DNA from: Octopus sinensis
Taxonomy: Eukaryota
Direction of reading: 5' to 3'
Assembly: GCF_006345805.1 (NCBI RefSeq)
Contig: NC_043003.1
Coordinates: 105,710,001-105,774,000 of the forward strand
DNA length: 64,000 bases
The notes under the pieces are model-generated. The model was not told where the DNA came from and did no database searches. It saw only the letters and a program-made list of their open reading frames with translations. Positions 1 to 12,141 of the stretch are shown here, in pieces. Position 1 is the stretch's first letter. The number at the start of each line of letters is the position of its first letter. The position numbers and the translations under genes were made by a program.

Positions 1-1485
1 TGTTTCATAACCAGCACATAAAAAGCACCCACTACACTCTTGGAGTGGTTGGTGTTACGAAGGGCATCCAGCTGTAGAAACACTGCCAAATCAGATTGGA
101 ACCTGGTGCAGCTTACCAGTTTTCAGTCAAACCATTTAACCCATGCCAGCATGGAAAACATGTTAAATGATGATGATGATTATAGTTAAGATAATGGGAT
201 CTATAGAGGATCAAGGTATATTGATAGAAGTCATTAAATCTAGCAACATCATCCACAGAGGCCAGTAGTAGCAGAGCATTCTTGAATAAAGCAAGCAGTA
301 GACACTAAGTAGACAGCATCAAGACATGTCCAAAGGCAACTGCTGACGCTACTCAAAAGAACCCATTTATTGTACTGTATTGTTTCAAAGTCAATGTTAG
401 TTTTTCATTCATTTATTTAATTTTGGTAAAAGTGTTCAGAAAGAATATTAGCATCATTTAATGAAGATCCAGCTAATTATAATTCACGGAGGATAATTTA
501 GAGCAAAAGCTCAGATTAATGATACATGGGGTCTACTTCGATTTCTAAATTAAGATTGTATAATCATCTTCACACCTTTAGAAGGATGGATAAAGTGAAA
601 ACATCATCAATTTCTGTAAAGATTTTGGAGTTAAAGCAAAAATGTTGATTTTTATCTAAAGTGGAGCATTGTTAGACACACTAAACTGTTTGTTAGTGAT
701 AGATGTACGAAATTGTTGGAAATCTTAAATGAAGCAATTGTAGCAATACCAAATAACCCATTTGAATATTATTAGTTTGTGAAGACACATGGCTCAGTGG
801 TTAGAGTGTCATGCTTACAATCATGAGGTAATGAGTTTGATTCTGGGTTGTGTGTTGTGTTCTTGAGCAAGACACTTTATTTCACATTGCTCCAGTTCAC
901 TTGGCTGTAGAAATGAATTGCAACGTCACAGGTGCCAGGCTGCATCAGCCTTTGCCTTTCCCTTGGAAAGTGGTGTGGAGAGGGGAGGACGGTATGCATG
1001 GGTGACTGTTGGTCTTCCATAAACAACCTTGCCTGGACTTGTGCCTCGGAGGAGAACATTCTAAATGCAATCCCATGGTCATTCATGCGTGTGTATGTGT
1101 GTCTGTGTATAATTCTGTGTGTAAACTTGTCTAGCCATCATGCAATGGTTGTAAATGAGCATCATCGTGCAAGCAAGGTTGTTTGCAGCTTGCAGCCTTC
1201 TGTAGAAAGCATGCTTAGCCATGAGAAAATATTACCTTGCTTGGTGACAAGGAGAGATCTGGCTGTAGAAAAACTGCCTCAGCAGGGTCCATCTGCCCAT
1301 CCAAACATGTAAAAGTAGATGTTAAAATGATGCATGTTTTGTGTTTTTTTCTCACTTCACATTTGGATCTAATCTATGTAACTGTGAAATGTTATATGTT
1401 TACATCCTCATTAATTCTGTATGTTTCTTTGCCATACCAGGTTTATCAAGTATTTTCTAAATGTCTTCTTTTCTTGTTTTATCAG

Positions 1486-1650
1486 ATTAAAACTGTCTGA
1501 CCTCAGTGTTCAGTGCAAAAACCTTGAAGAATGATCAATATTCTGTGGCAACAAAATGCCACCCATGTAGCAACATTTGGTAATTCTCCAGTTGAGTTTG
1601 TTAGTGACTGGTTGACAATAAGTGAACAGAACAAACCTCCACAGCCTCAG
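1486..1650 (+). CDS. TCTN: Tectonic family exon (first visible), with apparent 1-bp frameshift near 1530
   Basis: Acceptor ttttcttgttttatcAG (1484-85) and donor cag|GTtaga (1651). Reads LKLSDLSVQCKNLEE in one frame and MINILWQQNATHVATFGNSPVEFVSDWLTI in the next, matching the tectonic pattern C..LLW..VAPFGNS..DWVPI. Ends in phase 0, matching the next exon. Confidence 0.8.
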
Positions 1651-3032
1651 GTTAGAATCGATTCTATTTATTATCTACTAAAATTATAAAATCTTGCCTT
1701 TCTTTTTTTGTTTTTGTCTGCCATGTTTTGTACAGACTTGGGTGTGTGGCTAAGAAGTTTGCCTTCCAACCATATGGTTTCCGGTTCAGTCCATCTGCAT
1801 GGCACAATGGGCAAATGTCTTCCAAGCCAACAAAGCCTTAGGAGTAGATTTGGTAGATGGAAACTAAAAGAAGCTTGTCATGCATGTGTGTGTATGCATG
1901 TGTGAGTATGAGTTGGTGTCTTGATATTGCATGGTAGTTGTACATGAGTGCCACTGTTATACTCAGGTTTACACCAATCCCTTTATTCCCCACCCCCACA
2001 CTTTGTGCATCCATGCAGAGTCTCTGCTCCCCACTCACTCTTCTTTGACAATACTTTGCCACTTATATTATGACCTCTGCACCTTGATGGTATGCCCTGG
2101 CACTTGCCCTCATATCTCTCTCTCTCTTCCTTTACCATCACATTTATATTCCGATCCCCATTCTTTGTAAGTATGCCCTGACCCTTTGATACCATCTCTC
2201 TCCTGCTCTCTCTTTCACTCTTGCTATCTTCCACTCTCTCTCTCACTCTGTCTCTCTCTCTCTGTTTGTCTCTCTCTGGCTGGGTAACCATGTATCTCCT
2301 CTACAGCAACAAACCTGTTTCTGTTCTCATTCTTGACCACTCTCTCTCCATCTCTCTCTCTCTCTTTCTCTCTCTCTGGCTGGGTAACCATGTACCTCCC
2401 CTGCAGCAAGGCACCTGTTTCTGTCTGTCTGTCACACTAACCTATTATCATCTAGCACAAGATCACCGCCTCCAATGCCACCCCCACCCCCCACCTCTTA
2501 AGGGATCTTTGTCTTGCAAATTACTTGGTGACCCTGTCAGTGCTGGTGCCACATCCAGTCCACATTGTAAAGTGGTTGGTGTTTGGAAGGGCATCCAGCT
2601 GTAAAAAACTGACCTCACCTGAATGGTGCCATGTAAAAAGCATTCAGTCCACTCTGTGGGGTGGTCAGTTTTAGGAAGGGCATCCAACCATAAAAATCAT
2701 GCCAAAACACACACAGAAGTCTGGTGCAGTCTTCTGTCAGGTCAGCTCCTCTCAAACCGTCCAACTCATGCCAGCATGGAAAGTGGACATTAAAAGACGA
2801 CGACAATGATGATGATGATGATGATGATGATTGGTATATGGCTGATTCCTTTGTTTCCAGTTTTCCATAAAAAGCATGTTTGGCCATGGAGAAATATTGT
2901 CATACTTGGAAACAGAAAGAGTATCTGGCTGTAGAAAATCTGCCTCAAAAAATTCCATGTGATCCATACAAGCAAGGTAAAGCGGATTTTAAAACAGTGA
3001 GATGATAAGAGTTACAATAGAATGTACACAAT

Positions 3033-3432
3033 AGGCGTAGGAGTGGCTGTGTGGTAAGTAGCTTGCTTACGAACCACTTGGTTCCGGGTTCAATCCCATT
3101 GCATGGTACCTTGGGCAGGTGTCTTCTACTATCGCCTCGGGCCAACCAAAGCCTTGTGAGTGGATTTGGTAGGCGGAAACTGAAAGAAGCTCTTTGTATA
3201 TATATGTGTGTGTGTATATGTTTATTTGTCTGTATTTGTCATCCCCCCCCAACATCACTTGACAACTGATGCTGGTGTGTTTACATCCCTGTAACTTTGC
3301 GGTTTGGCAAAAGAGACTGATAGAACAAGTACTAGGCTTACAAAGAATAAGTCCTGGGGCTGATATGCTCGACTAAAGGCGGTGCTCTAGCATGGCCACA
3401 GTCAAATGACTGAAACAAGTAAAAGAAAAAAG
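3033..3432 (+). mobile_element. tRNA-derived SINE, family A (CORE-like centre)
   Basis: Head GGAGTGGCTGTGTGGTAAG...GGTTCAATCCC, centre GTACCTTGGGCAGGTGTCTT, tail TGAAACAAGTAAAAGA; many copies in the window. Confidence 0.85.
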
Positions 3433-3505
3433 AAATGAATTGTTACAGAATTTTTTAATAAATGTAAAGGTTTGTCTTTTGATATTATTTTGTTTTTCTT
3501 CTCAG

Positions 3506-3652
3506 TTTGAAGCACCAGACCAATGCACCCAAGTTGTTACAGGAATGCAGATACAAGTGTTATATGCTAAAATTGGATCCATTAGAAATCCTCAGCCAAA
3601 GATTATTGGGGTTTCTTTCACCTATGAAAAACCAAAGACAATATCATTACAG
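3506..3652 (+). CDS. TCTN: Tectonic family internal exon
   Basis: tttttcttctcAG acceptor, cag|GTataa donor, 147 nt, phase 0/0. FEAPDQCTQVVTGMQIQVLYAKIGSIRNPQPKIIGVSFTY matches the tectonic IQVLW/Y..G.L.NPQ..I.GV motif. Confidence 0.88.
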
Positions 3653-4225
3653 GTATAATCTTAATAGATAATTTAATTATCTAAATCAATAACTCGTTAT
3701 GTTTCAATTAATAACAGTTCAATTCTTGTCAGTTTTACATTTTTTTTAGTCTTATTTTGTCTCCTTAATAGACACAGACATGGCTGTGTTGTGAGAAGTT
3801 TGCTTCCCAGCCACATGGTTTTGGGTTCCGTCCCATCATGTGGTACCTTGGGCAAGTGTCTTCTACTTTAACCCTGAGTTGACCAATGTCTTGTGAATGA
3901 ATTTAGTAGACAGAAACTGAAAGAAGCCTGTTGTGTGTGTGTGAGTTTTCTTGCCTTGAGATTTTGTGATAGTCGTAAACAAATGTCACTGTACCGTGAA
4001 AGCATGTCTGGTCATGCAGAAACATTACGTTACTTGGAAACAGGCAAAGGTTGGCAACAAGATGGGCTGTAGAAAAATCTACCTCAACAAATGTCTGTCT
4101 GACCCATGCAAGCTTGAGAAAGTGGACGTCAGATGAATTGTTTTAACACATTTTTAATGGGAAGTGAAAATGTTCTTGGTGCATAAGAAAAAAAAATTAT
4201 GTTAAGTTTCGCTTCGATTGTTTAA

Positions 4226-4445
4226 CCCTTTCATTACTGTATTTATTTTGAGATGCTCTGTTTTTGTTTCATTTACTTTAAATACAACAAAGAATTTGAT
4301 AAAATAATTTAGTTATCATTCAGCTAGTGTTAGGAACATAAACTGTGACTTAGGTTTGGTGGAAGATTTTAATTCAAAATTTATGAAAACAAGACATTTG
4401 TACTCAGAAACAGAGCCAGTTTCAGTCGGGTTGGTAACGAAAGGG
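4226..4445. mobile_element. piggyBac-like MITE
   Basis: TIRs CCCTTTCATTAC / GTAACGAAAGGG with TTAA on both sides (4222-25, 4446-49). Confidence 0.8.
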
Positions 4446-6231
4446 TTAATCTTGAATAATTGTTTACAGTTTCTGAAATCCAAATGTTTAAACCGTGAAT
4501 TATTTATGATATAAAAAAATATTCAGAAATGTCATCTGTTAGTTCCCTGGCAACTACTATTTCCTCCATGATGGCTCTCTGATACTAAAAATTAAAAATT
4601 ACTTGGTAGATGATGATGCTTTGGAAGAGACACTGAATAAGAATTAACCACAAAAGCAGCCTAAACGGAAAGAAATGATTAAAATTAAAATAAATTGGGT
4701 ATTAACCCCATTAAAGATTGCCATCATTTAGCGTGTTAAGAGCAAATCAATTATGCAAAGATCATTTCTTTCCTGAGTTATTGGCCATGGATAGTTATTG
4801 TAGATATGAGTAATGAGTTGAGTGAAATGTCTCCACCTGTAATGTACCTTGTGTCGCATATCTGTTCACTCAGAATCTACCAACACATGACAGCTCTTGT
4901 GCAAATGAAAGCCAGAGATATTCAAAGGATGACTTGTAATGATGTAAATTGATCAGATTTGATATCTCAAATCTTACACAATATTTATATGAGGATGGAA
5001 ATTCATGGATGCTTCAGACTTATTGAAACTATGCAAAACTGACTGTAAAACTTAAAATATTAATGAATGTTGATAACAAAAAAATAAATAAGTAGAATTG
5101 GTATCAAATTTTTAACTCCAAGGTCTAGAGTTCAAACCCACTGCAAGCATCTGGTTGTGTATTTAGGTAGCACACTTAATCTGTAATTTACCTAGATGTT
5201 GGAAACAGACAACAGATTACCTGAGAATATTACTCAAGATTAATTAATATCAATCTTTATCTTTCATCCACTTAACACTACTCAATCAGAATTAAGCACC
5301 ACCTTGAAAACCATTTGAGGCTTACAAGATAATTCATATTTGACATTCATAGTGAAGTTTTATTTCAAATCTCTGCCTTCTTTCCAGCTGCTTTCCCCCA
5401 TCATTTTACAATGTGAAGTAGCCATGTATCTCCCCTGGGCTTGTTCCTCTATCATACTTTAACCTCTCAACATCTTGACTAAAACTACTGCCCCACCTCT
5501 CAAATATTAACCCCTTAGTTGTGGGAGCTTTTTCTTTTTGTTTTGTTCTTTCTTGTCTTAGAAGTTACTTTGTGATGTCCCTAATGCCAGTGACATGAAA
5601 AAAAGCAAAGCATCCACTACACACTGTAAAGAGGTTGGCATTGACAAGGGCATCAAGACATAAAAACCATGCCTATGCAGACACAGAGCTTGACAGGGAC
5701 CTGTGGCTTGTTGGATCCTGATTAACCATCCAACCCATGCTGGCATGGAAAACTGACATGAAATGATGATGATCATTTAATGATCATCAAACGAACCGGT
5801 GACACGTAAAAAGCACCGTCTGAACATGGCAGATGCCAGCGCCGCCTGACTGGCGTCCGTGTCGGTGACATGTAAAAGCACCAACTAATCTTGGCCGTTT
5901 GCCAGCCTCTTCTGGCCCCTGTGCCGGTGGCATGTAAAATCATCCACTACACTTATGGAGTGGTTGGCATTAGGAAGGGCATCCAGCTGTAGAAACACTG
6001 TCAAACCAGACTGGAGCCTGGTGCAGCCTCCATGGCTTACCAGACCCTGGTCGAACCGCCCAATGCATGCTAGCATGGAAAACGGATGTTAAATGATGAT
6101 GATGATGATGATGATGATGAATTCTAGCCCACTTCAATTTCGATCAGTAGACAATAAAAAAGTAAATTGTATTAATTTTTAGAACACAATGAAAATTCTC
6201 AATTATTTATTCCATCTCTGTTTTGTTTCAG

Positions 6232-6483
6232 TGTAATAACCTCATATGTGATCCAACAAACTACGACAAAGAGTACACGATTGAACTGGTAACATCTGTA
6301 GCATTTCAAGATGTTTCTGAGCCAGCTTTAAAGTATTTTACAAGACCTCCCCCACAAGAGAGTGGATTACCATATGATTTCTTCTATCCTTTTTATTCAA
6401 GCGGTTCAGTAAAGAACTACGAGCAACACTCAACAATATATTTTACAATATTTGCCATATTTCAAATGTTTCTTTTGCTATGA
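6232..6483 (+). CDS. TCTN: Tectonic family terminal exon with hydrophobic C-terminal tail
   Basis: tctgttttgtttcAG acceptor, phase 0. ELVTSVAFQDVSEPA...LPYDFFYPF matches the tectonic C-terminus (T.V.F.DVS.PA..LP.DFF.PF), followed by IYFTIFAIFQMFLLL-stop. Confidence 0.9.
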   Translation, partial: CNNLICDPTNYDKEYTIELVTSVAFQDVSEPALKYFTRPPPQESGLPYDFFYPFYSSGSVKNYEQHSTIYFTIFAIFQMFLLL

Positions 6484-7154
6484 AAATTGTCCTACAAATC
6501 TAGGTTTATCTTCAAGAAAACATTCTTGGACATCTTATTTTTGTCTTTTTAGACATTCCCTCCATAATTCAGCACAAAATTCTATAATTTCATTCCATCT
6601 CATTAGGTGCTGGACCCAAACAACCTGCTGTATATAATGAATTGTTTAAGGGCAGAAATAATTCTGAGTGGTTACTCACTTGGTCCATATTGACCTGTCC
6701 AACACATACCAGCATGGGAAGTGGATATAGAACAACAATGATATTTATCGATAAATATGTGAGAGAACCTCCCAAAACTAGACGCCAAATTTTAAAACAT
6801 TATCTGAGCCTAATTAGGTTACCTATGAAGAAAAACCGAACAATACCAAAGAAAGCAATTTCCACAGACTGTGAATCCACAAATGAAAGAAAACCTTCAA
6901 TAACAAAACTAAGAGATAAAAAAGCCAAAGATAAAAAATCTACAATTGAGCAAAACAAACGTGTATTGCCATCATCAGCTGCCACACATGATATCTTGTG
7001 TGTACGGATAGATGACTATGATCTGTTGTCGGTCAGCATCCAGTGGCACTTGGAACATCCACTGCAGAAGATACTGATAGCTTTAATGATGGAATGTACA
7101 CAAGGAATAAATGATGTAAGACTTGTCTCTATCATAATTTCTCACACACACTCA

Positions 7155-7233
<79 letters not shown>

Positions 7234-7795
7234 TATACACACATATTATATATATTTGTCCCACCAGCCACAGCAAAACTGGTACCAGTGCTGGTGCCAT
7301 GTATAAAGCACCCAGTACACTCTGTAGAGTGGTTGGCATTAGGAAGGGCATCCAGCCCTAGGAACCATGAAAAATCAGGCAATGGAGGCTGGTGCAGCCT
7401 CTGGCTTTGCCAGCTCCTGTCAGACCATCCAACCCATGCCAGCATGGAAAACAGATGTTAAATGATGATAATGATATGTGTATATCACTTACTTGAAAAA
7501 CAAGTGAGGGTTGGTGACAGGAAAAGTGTCGAACTGTAAAAAAAAAAATAACCTACGTTAGATAATACTCTGTCCAAACCCATGCTAGAATAGAAAAACA
7601 GACGTTAAACAACCAAACAAAGCAAGTGTGTGTATGTGTGCAGATTTATATATGTGTCAGTATGTGTGTATAATTAAAGCATTTAGTTGATCATACCACC
7701 GTTTCTTCCAAGTTACCAGTGCAGCCTTCTGGCTCGCCAGCCCTCAGTCAAACCGTCCAACCCATGCCAGCATGGAAAGCGGACGTTAAACGGCA

Positions 7796-7827
<32 letters not shown>

Positions 7828-8799
7828 ATTGATTTCTTACACAGAGTAATAAACTTGGGAAACCAATTCTCATATATTAGTTTACTTATTTTAACAGTTC
7901 TAGAAGAATGAAAAAGTTGATCCTGGTAGAATTCAAACTTACTATTTAGAAGGGTAAAATGAAATGCTGTGCTCCCATTTTTTGTCAACTGATTGCTCTT
8001 AAATAAAAATAGTCTACAGTAGAGGTATTTCATGAAATAGCTATTGATTATATAAAATAAATGAAGGCAGGTGGACATGAAACAAGATGTTCTTTAATTA
8101 TATGGTCACTTCTATAGCCTATAAACTCACTCTCAAACTCTTTGCTATTTTCAAAGTGCATTAATATTTCTTATAGAAAGAGAGACAAGGCTATTTTTGA
8201 AATGTGTGAAAGCTGATGCTTTTTGAGCAATTTTGAATTGCTTCATTGGATTTCCTGAAATCAACACAAAAATGGGGATTGTTTGCTCATATTGATTTAA
8301 CGTAACCTATAATGTACCATATTTGATTGTGTATTAGATGCAACCACATATTAGGTGTGCCCCAATTTCCACGGCACATATTCAGAGAAAATGTTTTAAG
8401 TACATTAAAGCATTTAAACCGGACATATCTGGCCCAAAATATTCTACCTGCTTTGTGATCAAACTGACTAGATCCAGCCTTTCACACCTACCCTACAATG
8501 TTGTTCTAAAAATAAGCAATTGTATCATTGAAATCTTGAAACTACAAGACAATGCATGTTTACATCAACAGAGGGTGAATAAATAAGCATTTCATTTGAT
8601 AAAGTAATCCAAATGCTAAGAGCTTAAACAATCAAATCCAGCTGAAATGTTCTACCTGTTTTATACTGAAACTGGCCACATCTGGCCTTTCCCACTTACT
8701 TTACAATGTCATTCTAAAAAGAAACAAACACACTGTTGAAATCTCAAAGCTACAGGATAATACATAATAAATTCAAAACAGTGTGAATAAATAAGCATT

Positions 8800-9195
8800 A
8801 CGTTATTTACATTTGACGGATATTTGTCCTCATCTTGTTTGTTGCCAACACATTTTGGCTGAAATACCTTCCAGCTTTCATCAGGTGTCTTGGGAAAATT
8901 TCGAAACTGGGTTCTCCTTTCTAAGGTATTTTTCGGTGTTGTTGTTGTTGTTGTCGGCAGCAGCATTATTATTATTATTCAAGTCACTGAGTAATAATAA
9001 TAATAATGATAATAATAGCAACATTGAAAATACCTTAGGAATGGGGACCCAGGTTCAAAATTTCCCCAAGACACCTGATGAAGGCTGGAGGGTACATCAG
9101 CCGAAATGTTGTGTTAACAACAAACAAGATGAGGACAGATATCTGCCAAATGTAAATAATGTACACAATTCCTCATCTCTTAAATATAGAACTGA
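8800..9195. mobile_element. Head-to-head pair of hammerhead-bearing short repeats
   Basis: 8800-8935 (-) and 9025-9195 (+) are diverged inverted copies separated by (GTT)n/(ATT)n/(AAT)n; flanked by AATAAG(C/A)ATTAC. Confidence 0.75.
9070..9115 (+). ncRNA. Minimal type I hammerhead ribozyme motif (Penelope-associated type)
   Basis: Stem I GACAC/GTGTT, core CTGATGA plus an extra A, stem II GGCTG/CAGCC, GAAA, near-palindromic helix III (ATGT), GTT triplet. Confidence 0.75.
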
Positions 9196-9557
9196 AATAA
9201 GAATTACATTTGATTGAGTAATCTGAACGTTAAAGGGTTAAAGTTTTCTAGCTTTTGGGAGGTTCAACTTTGCATATAGGACCCAGGATGATATTTTGAG
9301 ACTTTTTTTTTGTTTTGAAAAATGTGTGTCTTATATGCCACCAAATATGATATTGATCCCTGCTCTCTCATTCTCTCTCTCTCTCTCTCTCTCATTCTTC
9401 CATTAAATGCCGTCCATCAGACCCAATGAACAGTTCTCAATGTCTGCTTGAGTTTGAAGCATTAAATGTGGTCTGTATAGGTGTGTTTTTCAGCATGTGT
9501 GTGTGTGCATATATGCACATGTGTGTGTGTATATAGATTTGTGTGTGTGTGTGTGTT

Positions 9558-9775
9558 AAGACAGCGAGCTGGCAGAACCATTAGCATGCCGGGCGAAATG
9601 CTTAGTGGTGTTTCATCTGTCGCTATGTTCTGAGTTCAAATTCCAGCGGAGTCGACTTTGCCTTTCATCCTTTTGGGGTTAATTAAATAAGTACCAGTTA
9701 TGCACTGGTGTCGACATAATTGACTTAAACTCTTCCCTAAAATTTGAGGCCTTGTGCTTCCAGTAGAAAGGATAT
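9558..9775 (+). mobile_element. tRNA-derived SINE, family C
   Basis: GAGCTGGCAGAA..TTAGC head, GAGTTCAAATTCC B box, centre GTCGACTTTGCCTTTCATCCTTT.GGGGT..AT.AATAAGTACCAG. Other copies near 14333-14550, 20790-20880, 29620-29820, 47190-47380, 49480-49890, 57415-57530. Confidence 0.75.
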
Positions 9776-9852
9776 ATATGTGTGTGTGTATATGTATCTG
9801 TGTCTGAATATGTATATGTTTGTATGCATATGTATGTGTGTGTGTGTGTATG

Positions 9853-9898
<46 letters not shown>

Positions 9899-11271
9899 GT
9901 TTACAATTTAAAGGAAAAATCCAGAGGAATATTACAAGGTAGCTAAATGTTGCTTAAGTGTCCCAGGATTTAAAACATGTTGAAGAATTCAAGGTATAAA
10001 TGGTTTAAATTTTCTTATATATATATATGGGAAAATTGAATAAGGAGACAAACTCTCAGGATGTATATATATATATATATTATAATACTATTGATTTATA
10101 CATCTGTTATTTTAACTGCAAAGGAAAGTTATGTTATGGACTAAGTCTTCTATTATGTATTTTAATTTTCATAAAAATGAATGGAATTAAATAAAATAAG
10201 TTATTAAAAAGTAAAGGAGTCCTGTTACATAGTGTTTTTTGTCATGTAATTTTTAAGGATAAACACATGTGGCATCTGTTTGTCTCATGTAGAGGCATCT
10301 GCTTAACTTTTAGTGAAGTCATCATTATTTAATGTAAACTTTTCCATGCTTGCATGGATCAGAAGGAAATTGTTGAGGCAGATTTTCTATGGCCAGATGT
10401 CTGTTTTTGTCACCAACCTTTGCATGTTTCCAAGCAAGGTAATATTTTCCCATGGTTGGACACGTTTTTCATGGAAGATTGGAAACAGACAATTTCTCTT
10501 GTATGTCAATGTTGCTTATTTTCAACCTTTATGTCTAGATAGGAATACAAACATACATGTGAATGTGACATGTTTCTTCCAATTTCTGCCTACCAAACTC
10601 ACTCAAGATTTTTATCAGCCCAGAACTATAGTAGCAGACACTTACCCAAAGTACTATGCAGTGGGACTGAACCTGAGACCACATGGTTGAAAAGCAAACT
10701 TCTTAACCACAGAGTATCAGAAATGGCTACAACTGAAAATCAGAACTGAGTGTGTTTTTTTCTTTAGTTTTTCAAAGGTATACATACTTTTCAGCCACAA
10801 ATTCATTTAAGGTAGAAAGAAAAGACATAGGCCTATACATGATGAATGCCTAATGAGAACCATACAAGACGTGTACAGAGCTGCTGTTAATAAAGCCAGA
10901 GAAACCAGTACAGTGATGAATTTAGCCTGCAGGTAGGAGTTCACCAGGACTCAATTTTCAGTCCCCACCTTTTTATCATAATTCTCCTGACCATAACAAA
11001 ACAGTTTAAGACAAGTTGCCCTTTGGATCTACTGTATGCTAATAACCTTGTTTTTGTAGCTGAATTTGTAGTAGAACTAGAAAAGAAATTCCAAGTGTGC
11101 AAGAAAAACCTTGAATCAAAAAGGATCTTGAAGTTTTAGTAAGCAGGAAAACAAACAGGATTCTACTTCCATTGGAGAAATGACCCAGAAAAAGTGTAAG
11201 TAGAAATTCCTTATGGTTCATTCAATGCAAACTATGCTTTAAAAAATGGAAGAAAATATCCACTAACTGAT

Positions 11272-12141
11272 TTATTCTTTTGCTTCTGCTGGGTCTTCTT
11301 GAAGTGGGGGTAAAATTTCTGCAGTTTTTGCTTGTGGTAACGGTTGATTTTCCTCTGGTTGTGGTTGTTCTGTTTGAGGTGAGGGTACATTTTCTTCTGT
11401 TGCTGCTGCTTGTGGAGGTGGCTTAGTTTCTGTGACAGTTGGTTCTGCCAGAGGAGGTGGGGGGATACTTTCTGCTTGAGAAGGTGGGGGGATACTTCCT
11501 GCTTGAGAAGGTGAGGGGATACTTCCTGCTTGAGAAGGTGGGGGGATACTTCCTGCTTCTGAAGGTGAGGGGATACTTCCTGCTTGAGAAGGTGGGGGGA
11601 TACTTCCTGCTTGAGAAGGTGAGGGGATACTTCCTGCTTGAGAAGGTGGGGGGATACTTCCTGCTTGAGAAGGTGAGGGGATACTTCCTGCTTGAGAAGG
11701 TGGGGGGATACTTCCTGCTTGAGAAGGTGGGGGGATACTTCCTGCTTGAGAAGGTGGGGGGATACTTCCTGCTTGAGGAGGTTGGGGGATACTTCCTGCT
11801 TGAGGAGGTTGGGGGATACTTCCTGCTTGAGGAGGTTGGGGGATACTTCCTGCTTGAGGAGGTTGGGGGATACTTCCTGCTTGAGGAGGTTGGGGGATAC
11901 TTCCTGCTTGAGGAGGTTGTGGGATACTTCCAACTTGAGGAGGTTGGGGGATACTTCCAACTTGAGGAGCTTGGGGGATACTTCCAACTTGAGGAGCTTG
12001 GGGGATACTTCCTCGTGGTTTTGTTGGGTCTGTTGGAACTGATGGTAACTTTGGTTCTGCTTGAGGTGTCGGTTTTGTAGCTCGTTTTGTAAGCTGCAGC
12101 TGAACTGCTTTCTTTGGTCTTATCACAGGCAACATGCGTTT
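11272..12141 (-). CDS. CFAP97D2-like gene, terminal exon with 9-aa Pro-rich tandem repeat
   Basis: Tandem acceptor tattttAGcAG at 12146-12142, phase 0. KRMLPVIRPKK... then (GSIPxPxQA) x about 21, acidic tail and TAA. Joined CDS is 1326 nt (441 aa) with all phases consistent. Confidence 0.75.
   Translation of the reverse strand, partial: KRMLPVIRPKKAVQLQLTKRATKPTPQAEPKLPSVPTDPTKPRGSIPQAPQVGSIPQAPQVGSIPQPPQVGSIPQPPQAGSIPQPPQAGSIPQPPQAGSIPQPPQAGSIPQPPQAGSIPQPPQAGSIPPPSQAGSIPPPSQAGSIPPPSQAGSIPSPSQAGSIPPPSQAGSIPSPSQAGSIPPPSQAGSIPSPSEAGSIPPPSQAGSIPSPSQAGSIPPPSQAESIPPPPLAEPTVTETKPPPQAAATEENVPSPQTEQPQPEENQPLPQAKTAEILPPLQEDPAEAKE
11446..12012 (-). repeat. 27-bp coding minisatellite, about 21 units
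   Basis: Unit on + of the form GGGGGATACTTCCTGCTTGAG(A/G)AGGT(G/T), directly visible. Confidence 0.95.

Noticed and set aside
180-780. Upstream Tectonic exon (expected PVLFG...SGC)
   Set aside because: No open frame with that motif and suitable splice sites found; probably lies before the window.
6642-7202. 186-aa Lys-rich ORF after the Tectonic stop
   Set aside because: No recognisable domain, begins in a repeat fragment and ends in (TA)n; likely 3' UTR or intergenic.
11232-12080. Overlapping long ORFs (251 aa -, 213 aa +, 116 aa +) over the minisatellite
   Set aside because: A 27-bp unit lacking stops keeps several frames open; only the GSIP frame joins the upstream exon in phase.
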